Shown: positions 29,751 through 43,526 of the stretch, piece after piece
Layout: the number at the start of each line of letters is the position of its first letter
Position numbering within the stretch: position 1 is the first letter of the stretch
DNA from: the human T2T-CHM13v2.0 reference genome, Homo sapiens
Assembly (NCBI GenBank): GCA_009914755.4
Contig: CP068257.2
Coordinates: forward strand, 42,848,001-42,912,000
DNA length: 64,000 nucleotides
Direction: 5' to 3'
The notes under the pieces: model-generated
Seen by the model: only the letters and a program-made list of their open reading frames with translations
Databases searched by the model: none
What the model was told of the DNA's origin: nothing
Translations under genes and position numbers: made by a program

Positions 29751-29990
29751 GACTGGGTCATATGACCAGCACTAGCCAATGAGCTGTGAGTACACGTGAC
29801 ACAGGGACAAGCTGGGTCATGTGACTGGCACTAGCCAATGAGCTGTGAGGACGTGAGCACAGGTCCAGCTAGGCTGGGTCATATGACAAGCATTAGCCAA
29901 TGAGCTGTGAGGACACGTGAGTACAGGTCCAGCTAGGCTGGGACATGTGACTGGCACTGGCCCATGGGCTGTGAGCACAGGTCAGGTCAG
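29751..29990. repeat. ~60-bp tandem repeat, 4 copies, each carrying a CCAAT box and an E-box-like CACGTG/CATGTG
   Basis: The units are gctgggtcat[ag]tgac[ct]agcactagccaatgagctgtgag[gt]acacgtga[cg][ta]acaggtccagctag at 29751-29810, 29811-29872 and 29873-29936, plus a decayed copy at 29937-29990. CCAAT is at 29776-29780 and 29835-29839. CACGTG is at 29793-29798 and 29914-29919. Confidence 0.8.
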
Positions 29991-31236
29991 CCCCTTCCTG
30001 CTGCTTCCCACCGTGTGTGCTCCTTGTCTGACTTGATATGAGAACTAACCCAATATGGCAGGAAGCCACTGACATGTGGGAGCCGTGCATGGCAGTGGCC
30101 AGCGTCCTTGTCCTGCGGGGGCTCTGTGGACATCACTCGCCTTCAGAACACTGAGCCCTCCTACCTCCTGATATCCAGGGCTGCCGATGGGAAATCCCAG
30201 GCTGCCGCGGCTCCTGTGTGCTTTGAAGGTAACTTTCCTTTGCTCTCGCGCTCCTTGGGCTCAGCGCCCTTTCAGTCTGATGAGATCTGGGCGGTTTTCT
30301 TCAAGCCTTCTCTGACAATTCCATCACTGTCCTCACCCTCTTCTTTTTTTTCTAGAACTTTGGTTAGCCAGATACAGACTCTCCTGGTTTGATTCTGTCT
30401 CTTTTCATTCTACATTCTAGAAGATACTCTTAACTTTATATTTCAGTCATGTTAATGAATGTCTTCTTTTAATGCCAGCAATTGCATTTTTAATGTCCAA
30501 GCTCTCTGTCTCATTAGTAGCATTTTTTATTTCGTAAGTGCAGTATCATCTTGAATACTTCTGAAGACAAGTATAACTTAAAAAAATTCCTTTCTGTTTC
30601 TAGAGCTAGCTCAGTTTCTTTCAGCCTTTTTCTTTAGCCTGACTCCTGCAGTTTTCAGGATTTTTGTCAAACATCCGGGGACCCTTAGCTGGAGAGGATG
30701 GCATGGGTGACACGCAGCTGGCCAGGTACGCTCTGGGGCACTGGGGCATCTTGAGCACCTTGGTGCAGTGTCGTGAAGAAGACACTGTAAATTGGACTTG
30801 GTGTTATCACAGGGGCTTTAGGATCACGGTGTTGGTAGATCTAGGATGATAATCTCCAAAACGCACTCCCCAACCCACTGCAGGGATCCTTTCTCTTGTC
30901 ACCTCACTTTGTGATTTAGAATGCAGGACCTCCAGGACAGCAGCCTCTCCGTGGCACAACAGCTGTTAGGAGACCTTGCCTAGTTGACGAGAAAGTCACT
31001 TGTGGTGCCTTTCCATCCAGGGTGCGCGACTCTGCTCTCAAGACCCCCTGGAGGCCCGCCCCCTGCCCCCCACCAGCTCATTCGTTAGATGATTGGAAGT
31101 GACTGCCTACGTCTTCTTTCAGGATAAAGCCTCAAGTCCTGCAACTATTCCTTGTGTGATAACGTTTCAAATCCCTTCCTGGTTCTGGCAAAGCTCCTCA
31201 AACATGCTCCAGTGTGCTGGGGCTCTGCATGTGTGA

Positions 31237-31733
<497 letters not shown>

Positions 31734-34260
31734 CTTTTGAGCCACTGTCCCCGCGTATCGAGCCCTCCTTGGGAGTCCCAATTTCCAGCCCATATCACGC
31801 TCTTGGCCCCAGCTTGCAGCTGCTTTCGCATCTCAACCTCACCAGCCTCAAGTCCAACTCCAGGTCAATGATTACTGGTCAGAGGGGCCATTCCTGCTGA
31901 GCCCTGTGGTCAGGCTAACCCATGACCGAAGGCTCCTGAACCCTCCTTCAGGTCCGCTGTCCGCACACCAGCACGTGGCCACCAGCCCAGGACACCCTTG
32001 TAGTTTCCCAGAGTCTTAGCAGCATGCGTGTTGTGGTGAGAGGACTGTGCAGGGACCAGTAAGACAAGGAACTTATGCTCAGCTCTGTCCCGTGCCACAT
32101 CAAACCAAGTGACAGGCCGCATTGCTTGGCTTGATCCCAGTTCTGCCACGGGCAAAGCCCTCCACCGTTCTGAGCCTCTGTGTCCTTGTGGATAACAGGG
32201 ACCAGTGGCAGCAAGCCCCTCTCAAGGTGCTGTGAGGGTGATGTGGGCGGATGCGGGCAGAGCTCTTGGCACAGGTGCTCTACAGAGTCGAGGCTCAGCC
32301 AGTGTGAGCCGCTACCACCACCTACCTCCTGAGGCTGTTACCAAGGCCAATGGCTGGAAGGAATCTTGCTCACCCCCAATCCCAGTGCACTGAGCCTCAC
32401 TCTGCCCCCGTGGCAGGAGGCTCATCCCGCCTCTTCCTGGCTCCCAGGCACGCTCACCTGTTCCATCCACAGCACTAGCGAGCTCAAGGTGTGTTCCTTC
32501 TGGCACTGCTGCCTCCTCACCTGGGCGCCTGCGGCTCATCTGGGCGGCCACAGCAGCCTCCCAATGGCTCACTCCCTCCCAGCCACCGACCAGTCATTAT
32601 CGTGCAGCCCTGTCAACCCCACAAGGGCAGGCTTCACGTTTCACTTGCAGCCTGTGGCTCTGGGTGGTGACCCTGCTGCCTACTCCCAGCCCCACTGCCC
32701 TGCAGGTACCCTCCCAACTTTCCCAGCCCTCACTTCCTCCTGGTGAGGGCTGGGAAAGTGGGGAGGGTGCTCCCTGACATCTGCTCTCCTCGTGCCCTGA
32801 ACATCCACGTAAAGCTGCCCTTCCCCACTGGACCATGAGTGCCCGAAGGGTGGGGCGGTGGTCACCTGGATGACGCTGTGCCCCAGCCTGCCAGAGGGCT
32901 GAGCACGTGGGAGTCCCGGAGCAATTCTCTGCACGCATTAAGGCGTGTGATTGGTCCCTGTGAGCCGCGGCTCCTGGTCCGGCCCCTGCGGGCTTCTCAA
33001 GGTGGTCACACTCCCGGTTTCCTAAGCTGCTCTTACTCCTGCTGGGTGGAGGGGCTCCAGGAACCTGCGACTGCTGAACTCCATCTTCCTCCCTTCTGTT
33101 TTGAAGCTCATTCCCATGTGCTACCTGCAGGCTTGCTCTAATGAGATGTATGTATGGAATGTTATGTATGGAATGTTCCAGAATGCCTTCAATCATTTCA
33201 GCCATAAAGCCCCACCCACCACATGCACAGCTTCTTGTCTAATGCAGGGGTAGCCTGGCAAGGCCTGACTGTTGTCACTGTTTTTCCAGACTCCCTGATG
33301 GGGGCGGGGGGTCCGGGCATCAGCGTCTGCCATGGTTCTGCCCCTGTACCAGCCTCACTGGGACGTGGCATGGGGGCAGCTCACGTGGCAAGAGTGGCCT
33401 GGGTTAGTCTCACTGCCTCGGGTGCAGAAGGCCCTGAGAACATTTCTGCAGGGGAATGAGTCGCCAGGTCAGGGGGCACAGAAGATTCCAGAAGGACACC
33501 AGGGAGGTGATGTCTTATGAGAGGCACGCTTCCAGCAAACAGTGGGAGTGCTGTCACCGGCGCTGCAGAGCCCCTGAGCTGCCTCCTCCGGGGAACTGGG
33601 CTCACATAGAGGCTGAGCCCGAGGTGGGAGATGCGCCCCCACCTGTCTCGTACTCCGCACCTCTGCTCCGGTCACAGTCCTCAGCACACTTGCTGGGAGC
33701 AGGCAGCACGCTGTCCCTGCCCCTGGAGGTGGCCTAATAAGCACCTGTTGCTGCCTCAACTCAAAGGTCTCGTGGTGGCTGGAACCAGCCAAGGGACACT
33801 TGAGGCCTGGAGAGGAGCGCCACGTGCTGCCCCGACCCGGCCCCCACGCTGCCCTGGGTCAGAGCCAAGCTGCCCAGCTGCCCCAGGGCCAGGGCCCTGA
33901 CGACCATACAGACTCAGATTAGACCGCGGGAGCTTCCAAGGGGAGGGAGGGCCTGTTCTGAGCCCGGGGGCTGCTTTATGGAGAACACCATGCCAGGGTG
34001 GGGCAGAGCCAGGGTGCGCCTCCTGCCTTATTTCCAGGCACCTGGACTGTCCCTGGGCGCACAGAGGCTCTCAGGCAAGAAGGGCTCAGACGCCAGGCAA
34101 GGATCCTGTGCCGTCCAGAGGAGCAGGCCCTGCCTGGGTTTTGGGGTCACGGGTGCAGAGCAGCACTAGGTTTGGCTCTCGGTGGACCCCCAGCCCACAT
34201 CACCTGTCCAGCAGGTGCAGGTGACAGACGCAGTGGCCAGCAATGGAGAGCCGGGGCTCA

Positions 34261-35157
<897 letters not shown>

Positions 35158-35329
35158 TCAGGAAACAAGGCCATGGAGGCCATCCAGATCCCATGTCCTC
35201 GGCAGCTGTCCTCCACCACACACCTGGCCATGCCAGGCACCAGGCCAGCATCCCTGCCATGGGCCTGGGCCCACCACCCAACATCTGCCCTCCCTGTGCT
35301 GGTCAGACCTTTCCTGCTGGGAGGCTGCT

Positions 35330-37775
35330 TAGTCTGTCAGTCAGTCATTGAGGTAGTCAGTCAGTCAGTTGTCAGTCAGTCAGATAGTCAGTCATCAGTT
35401 AGTCACTGAAACAGTTAGTCAAGTAGTCAGTCAGGTAGTTTGTCAGTCAGCCAGGTAGTTAGTCAGTTAGTCAGTCAGTCAGCCAGCCAGCCAGCCAATT
35501 AGTCAGTGAAGTAGTCAGTCAGCCAGTCAGTTAATTTGTCAGTCAGGTAGTTGGTCAGTCAGTCAGCCAGCCAGCCAGCCAATTAGTCAGTGAAGTAGTC
35601 AGTCAGCCAGTCAGTTAATTTGTCAGTCAGGTAGTTGGTCAGTCAGTCAGTTAGCCAGCCAGCCAATTAGTCAGTGAGGTATTCAGTCAGTCAGTCAGTT
35701 TGTCAGTCAGTCAGGTAGGTAGTCACTCAGTGAAGTGGTCGGTCAGTTGTGTCAGTCAGTCAGTAAGGTAGTCAGTTGGTCAGTCAGTTAGGTAGTTAAT
35801 AAGTCAGGTAGTCAGGTAGTTAGTCAGGTAGTCAGTTAGGTAGTTAATAAGGTAATCAGTCAGTCAGGCAGTTAGTTTGGTAGTCGGTCAGGTAGGCAGT
35901 CAGTCGTCAGTCAGTCTGAGGTAGTTAAGTCATTGAGATGGTCAGTCAGTAAGTCAGTCAGTTAGGTCGTCAGTCAGTCAGTTCAGTAGTTAGGTAGTCA
36001 GTCATCAGTCAGGTAGTTAATCAGTCAGGTAGTCAGTCATCAGTGAGTGAGGTAGTCAGTTGTCAGGTAGTCATCAGCCAGTCAGATAGGCAGGTAGTTA
36101 GTCATCAGTCAGTCAGTCAGGTAGTCAGCCAGGTAGTTAATCAGTCAGCCAGTCAGTGAGGTAGTTAATCAGTTAGTCAGTGAGGTAGTCAGTCAGTCAG
36201 TCAGTCAGTCAGTTAGTCAGGTAATTAGGTAGTCAGCCAGTCAGTTCAGTGGCTAGTCAGGTAGTTGGTCAGTCATGAGTCAGGTTATTAATCAGTCAGG
36301 TAGTTTGTCAGTCAGTCAGTCAATTAGCCAGTGAGGTAGTCAGTCAGTCAGTTCAGTAGTTAGTCAGGTAGCCAGTCATCAGTCAGGTAGTCAGTCAGGT
36401 AGTTAGTCATCAGTCAGGTAGTTAGTCAGTTGTCAGGTAGTCACTCAGTCATCAGTCAGTCAGGTAGTTAGGCAATCAGTCAATAAGTGAGGTAGTCAGG
36501 TAGTCAGTCAGATAGTCAGTCAGTCAGTGAGGTAGTCAGTCAGCTAGTCAAGTAGTTAGGTAATCAGTCAGTCAGACAGTCAGGTAGTTAGGCAGGTAGT
36601 CACTCCATCAGTCAGTCAGTCAGTCAGTGAGGTAGTCCATCAGTCAGCCAGCCAGCCAGCCAGTCAGGTAGTTAGTCAACTAATCATTCAGTCAGTCAGA
36701 CAGTCAGGTAGTTAGTCAGTCAGATAGTAAGTCAGTTAATGAGTTAGCCAGTCAGGTAGCTAGTCAGGTAATCAGTCAGTTAGTGGGAGAGTCAGGTAAT
36801 TAGGTAGTCAGTCAGGCAGTCAATCAATGAGTCAGTTAGTTAGTCAGCCAGTCAGGTAGTTAGGTAGTCAGTCAGTCAGGTAGTTAGTCAGGTAGTCAGT
36901 CAGGCAGTCAGTCAGTCAGACAAGTAGTCAGTAAGGTAACCAGTCAGTGATGTAGTCAGGTAGTCAGTCAATCAGTTAGTCAGGTAGTTAGCCAGTTAGT
37001 CATGTAATCAGTCAGTCAGGTAGTCAGTCATCAGTCAGTTAGGTAGTTAGTCATCAGTTAGTCAGTTAGGTAATTAGTCAGTCAGCTAGTCAGTTAATCA
37101 GGTAGTTAGGTAATCAGTCAGTGAGACAGTCAGTCAATCAGTCAGTAAGGTAGTCAGTCAGGTAATTAGTAGTCAGTCAGAGAGTCAGGTAGTCATTCAG
37201 ATAGACAGTCAGGTAGTTAGTCAATCAGTCAGTGAGGTAGTCAGTCAGCCAATAGCCAGTCAGCCAGTCAGGTAGTTAGTCAGGTAATCAGTCAGTCAGT
37301 CAGATAGTCAGGTAGTTAGTCATTCAGGTAGTCAGTCAGTCAGTCAGTCACTCTTTGAGGCAGTCAGTCAGTCAGTCAGTCAGTGAGGCAGTCAGCCAGC
37401 CAGCCAGTCAGATAGTTAGTCATTCAGGTGGTCAGTCAGTCAGGTAGTTAGTCAGATAGTCAGTCAGTTAGCCAGTCAGCTAGTCATTCAGGTTGTCAGT
37501 CAGCCAATCAGGTATCAGTCAGGTAGTCAGTCAGACAGTCAGGTAGTTAGTCAGTCAGTCAGTCAGTGAAGTAGTCAGTCAGTCTGTGATGTAGTTGGTC
37601 ATTCAGGTCGTCAATCAGTCAGTCAGGTAGTTAGTCATGTAATTAGTCAAGTAGTTAGTCAAGAAGTCAGGTAATTTAGTCAATCAGTCATCAGGCAGTC
37701 AGTCATCAGGTAATTAGGTAGTCAGTCGGGTAGTCAGTGAGTTAGGTAGTTAATCAGCTAGTCAGTCAGTCAGTT
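35330..37775. repeat. ~2.45 kb degenerate (AGTC)n / (CAGT)n tetranucleotide array
   Basis: Continuous agtcagtcagtcag... with frequent variants (aggtagtt, agccagcc, agttagtc, catcagtc). It accounts for the terminal part of ORF 34243..35409. No ORFs appear between 35410 and 37775 because every frame contains tag/tca stops. Confidence 0.9.
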
Positions 37776-37950
37776 TCAGACAAGGAGGGAGGCTGGCAGG
37801 TATTCTGTGCTGGGAGTCAGTCTGGCAGTCCATGTTTCTGGGGTGGCTGTGCTGTGGGCAGGTGCCCCAGGGACCACCAGTAGATGTCCCTCCCCCAGAC
37901 AGTGAGGAACGGTCCAGAACGCATGTTCACCCTGTGCTGCATGTGGCTTA

Positions 37951-38310
<360 letters not shown>

Positions 38311-39684
38311 TCAGCATCTCTCTCCAGATCCACGGCTGCTACGTGGTGCAGGGACAGAGGACCGAGGCCCCCGCATTACAGGTCATCATGGTGGGGTGGG
38401 CGCAGAGCCGGTCATTACATTCATCAAGACCCTTGAAAATGTCCATATTCTTTACCCAATATTTCCACTTCTATTGCTATCTGAAGGCAAAAACACAAAA
38501 GCCAAAATTCCCAAATTCAGGAAAAGCTTTATGCACAAAAATGTTCTTCATAACCCAGATGACCAGAAAAACGCATCACAACCTGCTCTCCTGTGTTATG
38601 GGTGTGATCACCACGCAAAGCTGTGTCAGGGCAATGTGTGTAAAACATGAACATGGCGCAATGTGCCCAGGGCTCATAGTGTAGCTGTGTGAACATACAG
38701 AATGAGGGGCAAGGTGCATGGTTCATGGACGATGTGCTTGGAGGCAAGGACGCCACATGAACCTACGTACTTGCTTGGATGATGGAACAAAATATTGTCC
38801 CCTTTGCTTTTCTGAATTTTCCAATTGTTCTTTGATGCAAAGTTTTTTTTATAACAAAAAATTAAAACCTTATGATGTCATCAATCAAAAAAAAAAAAAC
38901 CAACTAGTTATTCACCCGCCATGCTGGATGCAAATGCAGCCTGCATGAGGGTGGCTGTAAGCCACAGGAGAGCAGTTTCCATCTGCTGTGTTCACTGCTT
39001 TAGCCCTGTGTCCAGGCAGGGCCTGGTGGGCCTCCTTGGCACATTGTAGGCCAGTGAGTGACTATTTGGGGGCAGTCAGGAGGTGCTGTCTCTAGGACAT
39101 GGCTGTGTAGAGTCCAGGGAGTGGACGGAGCTGGGAAGAGGAAACCCCATCCTTCCCATTGGGATGTCAACCATCTCCCAGACCCACCACCTCGACCCTC
39201 TGCCCAGAGCAGCCCTGACAGGAAGGTGGCTGTCAGCCTGCGAGGTCCCACCCATGGCTCCCCTGAGCCTGGCCTCAGCCTTGCATGTGGACATCACGTG
39301 TCCTCAACATTTGAGGAAAGGAAGGATCAGGAATGTCCATTTTCTAGTGTCTTTCTGAAACGATTTGTGGGTTCTTGACCAGCTCATGTAAACACTCTCA
39401 ACAGGTTTTAAATGTAGTGACGAGGGGTCTATGTAGAACGAGATGGCATGTGGGAAATGGTCTGGTCGTCCGTTTTGCGGGAGCCAAGCAGACTGCCTCA
39501 AAGTCACATCCTGGATTTAGGGTGGTGGGCTCACGTGTGCGACTCTGTCAGCCTTTTACCGCCTGAACGAGGTGACACCGTGAGAAACTCCTTTACCTGC
39601 AGAATCAGTGTAGGGGGCCCCGCCTGTGGACTCGGGGCTTTCCAAGAGAAAGGGGATGGAGAAAGTCACCGAACACAGACTTGC

Positions 39685-39911
39685 CTTTTTCCCGATGGTG
39701 AAATGCCTCCAGGCCTGTGCTTGGTGCGTGGGGATGTTCTGATATGAGACGAACTTCTCTTCGGTCCACTTGTAGACGGCGGATGTGGCTTTGCGATTGG
39801 CTGTGGCCACAAAGAGCCCCACCTGAGGGATGCGGAACACCTCAATGCCCAGGGTCTCTGAGTTGGTGGACAAGTTCTGATGCTCCTCCACGTAGTCCAG
39901 TCTTTCTTTGG
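39685..39911 (-). CDS. TSPEAR: TSPEAR coding exon (first EAR repeat). The inferred donor is GC, not GT
   Basis: Acceptor tatcacaag at 39912/39913. The frame gives (A)[75 protein letters not shown]. The only phase-0 boundary compatible with the next exon (ATC TTC CTG...) is AAG|gcaagt at 39685/39684, which is a GC-AG donor. Confidence 0.8.
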
Positions 39912-40844
39912 CTTGTGATAGAAACGTTGTGACTCGGTTAAGATTTCCGAGAACGGAAATCCAGAGCAATCCTCGCGGGAGCGCGATTCCCAAGCCCCAA
40001 GTCACAAGCCACGACTCCTGCGCCTCAGCCTCGGGCATCAGTTTCCACGTTTCGCTCTCACAGGAAAGGCCTGTCAAAGGGAGGCCACTCACTGCTGCCA
40101 GGGGCTTTGTGATCTGTGCAGCCCCCAGTGAAGTTTACATGTTGTGGGTTGTGGCCTTGTTAAAAGGCTCACTGCTTCTACGGCAAGTTGTGCTCTCGAT
40201 AATGTGAAAGAGAGCAGCTCACACACGTGCTGGGCGGAACCCATGCCCATTTCCCACGGGTAACCTGTCTGGAGCATCTATCGCCACCTCCACTCACCTC
40301 CCCAGCAGCGGGAACGGACTGCTGAGAAGGCTCTCTGTAAAAATAACCTTTCAGGCTCGTCATCTCCTTGGATCTCATCTCTGATCTAGCAGACAGGGAG
40401 GGTGTGGGCAGAGGCGGCAGCCGGGCCACCCTACCAAGGAGGCTGCAGGGAGGCAGGCATTGTCTTCCCATGGTTTGGGAAGGGGTACCACGCGATGCCC
40501 AGCCCTGTCAGCCCGTGTGTCATGCCCTGGAGGTTCACATTTCCAATTGAGATGCACAGGCTCGAGGCTCCTGGTGGGGCAGTTTCCTGTCCTAAGTGGT
40601 GCCTGCCCTGAGGAGGGCCTGTGGCTGAGTCCTGTGGCTCTAGGGAGGGCAGTGTCCTGCCCGCTGCTTGCTTTGGGGGTCAGGACTGATGCTGCCTCTC
40701 ACTCTTAGAAGTGCCCCAGCCTGACGGCCAAGCCTGAGGTCATTCAGAGGTGGCTGAGGTGCCCCCTCTCCTAGCCTCCACTCCCAGTCACACTGTGCCA
40801 GAGTGGCCCTGCATGCCAACGCCCCGGGTGCAGGGCTGCCTCAC

Positions 40845-40976
40845 CTGCTAACACGGAGACCCACTCGTTGCCAACACACAGATACAGGCCCTTCCGGCTG
40901 GCATCAAACCAGAACTGGGCGTCTTCCACCTCGGTACACGGTGGCTGGGGTCCCAGCGTCACTCGAATGTTGGTTT
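40845..40976 (-). CDS. TSPEAR: TSPEAR coding exon (end of the laminin-G/TSP-N-like domain)
   Basis: Acceptor tcttcccctcag at 40977/40978 and donor GCA G|gtgagg at 40844/40843. The frame gives (E)[43 protein letters not shown](A). It lies within ORF 40771..41025. Confidence 0.85.
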
Positions 40977-42188
40977 CTGAGGGGAAGACCAGGAAGATGA
41001 GTTTCCAGCAAGCCAGTGCCCCCAAAGGAAGACGACACAGGAAGAGGCCCCCAAACCAGGCTGCCCTGCCTCAGCCTCTGCATGCGGGCCTGGAAGGGCC
41101 CCTGCAGGCACCTTGGCACAAGCCTGCCACATCACAGACGGGGAATTGAGAACCTGGCCTACCGGTGACGAAGGACATCATGATGCCCCCTATATGGTCA
41201 GCCCACCCTCTGTCCACTCTGAAAGGCGTGGCTTTCCATCCCATTGAGGCAGAAAAGGCCTGCTCCTCTGAGAGTCCTCAGCGATTGCACAGGGCATGGT
41301 CCCCCCTCAGGAGGGAGTCCCTGTTGACAGTGGTGTATCTTAACGACGGCTTGGCTTGAACCTGTGGCGGTTTGATCTCATCACTTCCAGTAATCACACC
41401 CCACCATGGGTCCTAATTCTGCCACCTCTTGACTCTATGTGGGACATCTGTGCACCTGCCAGCCGGTGCTGGCCAGCGGTGTGACACAGTATACCATGCG
41501 GCCCGGATGTGTTGGAGGTGGGGGCTCCCCTACTTGGTAACCGCTAACCCTGAGGCTCGGGGGCTCGGCTGTTCTCCACCTCACTGCCCCTCGGGTTGGC
41601 TGAGAGCAGTGGGGATGCGGCGGGGAGGGGCATTTCAGATTCTCCATGGCAGGAGTGTGGTTTAAATAAATACAGTCACCCTTGTAACTTCACACAAGAG
41701 AAAATCAAGCGGGGAGGCCCTCTGGGCCGGGGGATCGTGGAAGACGTGAGTGTAGGGCCAGAGTGGGCCCGACTGGGGCGGGCTGGTCTGGATGATGGTG
41801 GGACAGAGGCGGGGTGGGGAGAAATGGCCCAAACGCTGTCCTTGGGGGGCAAAAGGGGATGAGGGATGTCAGATAGCTCTGGACAGACTTTCTAAAGTAA
41901 GTTAGGCCTGTTTTCTGCCTGGGGTCCCCAGGAAGGGGCTGGATGGCTGTCGTGGGAGTGCTTGGAGGGAAGGGCAGGATGACACTGGCCTGTCTGATGG
42001 TGCCGCCTGCCTTCCTAGGGGTGGGCCCCGAGTATCCCCCTGGCCAATATGACCGCTGCCCCCCGTAGCAGTGATGAGGGGGGCAGGCACACGAGAGGGG
42101 CTGAGAGCTGAGCCCTGAGTTCCCGCCTGGTGTGAGGCCAGGGCTCTCGCATCTGCCTTTGGTGTGGGGGCGGGTGGCCCCCCTACTA

Positions 42189-42602
<414 letters not shown>

Positions 42603-42619
42603 CTACTCTGCTCATCCAA

Positions 42620-42962
42620 CAGCCCATCCACCCATCCTGTTCATCCATGCATTCATCCATCCATCTGTCCATCCATCAGTCCAATCCATTCATCCATCAC
42701 TAATCCATCCATCCCTCCACCTACCCATCCATTCATCCATGCATTCATCCATCCATCCACCCATTCATCCATCACTCATCCATCCATCCCTCCATCCACC
42801 CATCCATTCATCCATCCATTCATCTTTCTCTCCATCTGTTCATCTCTCCACGCATCCATCCCTCCATCCATCCATTCATCTTTCTCTCCATCTGTTCATC
42901 TCTCCACGCATCCATCCATCCATCCATCCATTTGTCCATCCCTCCATCTGCCCATCCATCTG
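42620..42962. repeat. Degenerate (CATC)n/(CCAT)n simple repeat
   Basis: catccatccattcatccatc... runs for ~340 bp. It gives the H/P/S/I-rich ORF 42595..42981. Confidence 0.85.
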
Positions 42963-43435
42963 TCAAACCATGCATCAATAAATATTCAGAGCATCTGCTA
43001 TGTGCCAGGCATGGCTCTAGACACTGGACTCAGCAGGGAACAAAGGCCTCTAGCCTCATGGAGTGAGGTCCCCACTCACACGTGAGTGGAGACACAGGCA
43101 CCGAGCAGACACCCAGCTGGCCTGAGAGCAGCAGGCCCTACTGAGGAAAGACAGCTCCGGGGAAGGGGCTGCAGGGCAGAGTGTGGGCATCAGCTCAGCA
43201 TGGTGGGGGCAGCCTGAAGAGGACCGTTGGGCAGGGACCCAAGACCATCAGGGAGGAGGGTGCCAGGAGGAAACAGCAAGCGTGAAGGCCCTGTGGTAGA
43301 GACTCCACGCACGCTGTACCTTCTTTTCCCAGTTAGCACGTCCAAGGATCTGTCAACTAGAGCAGTAGGACAACTGGCCTGGGGCAGTCCCATCCCGCAG
43401 CACGGGTGTTGGGAAGGCAGCCCCTCCATACTCGC

Positions 43436-43526
43436 CATGAACAGGCCTTTGGCTCTCCTCCGGCTGCCGACGAAGAATCGAGCTCCTTTCACTGACAGGG
43501 TGGCTGGGAAGGGCACATCGGCCATT
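43436..43526 (-). CDS. TSPEAR: TSPEAR coding exon (laminin-G/TSP-N-like domain). The 3' boundary is uncertain and the inferred donor is GC
   Basis: Acceptor gatattttcag at 43527/43528. The frame gives (I)[30 protein letters not shown]. The next exon starts in phase 0 (GGA CTG..), so the donor must sit at a codon boundary. ATG|gcgagt (43436/43435) reproduces the recalled protein ...AKGLFMGLVRQ... and a 669-aa total. An alternative GT donor lies at GAC|gtgcta (~43334). Confidence 0.65.

Noticed and set aside
43310-43435. Extension of TSPEAR exon 43436-43526 to a GT donor at GAC|gtgcta (~43334), or to AAG|gtacag (~43310).
   Set aside because: The 43310 site is out of phase with the next exon. 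The 43334 site is in phase but would add 34 residues ([33 protein letters not shown]) absent from the recalled TSPEAR sequence. It would give 704 aa instead of 669. It is kept as an explicit alternative to test against transcript data.
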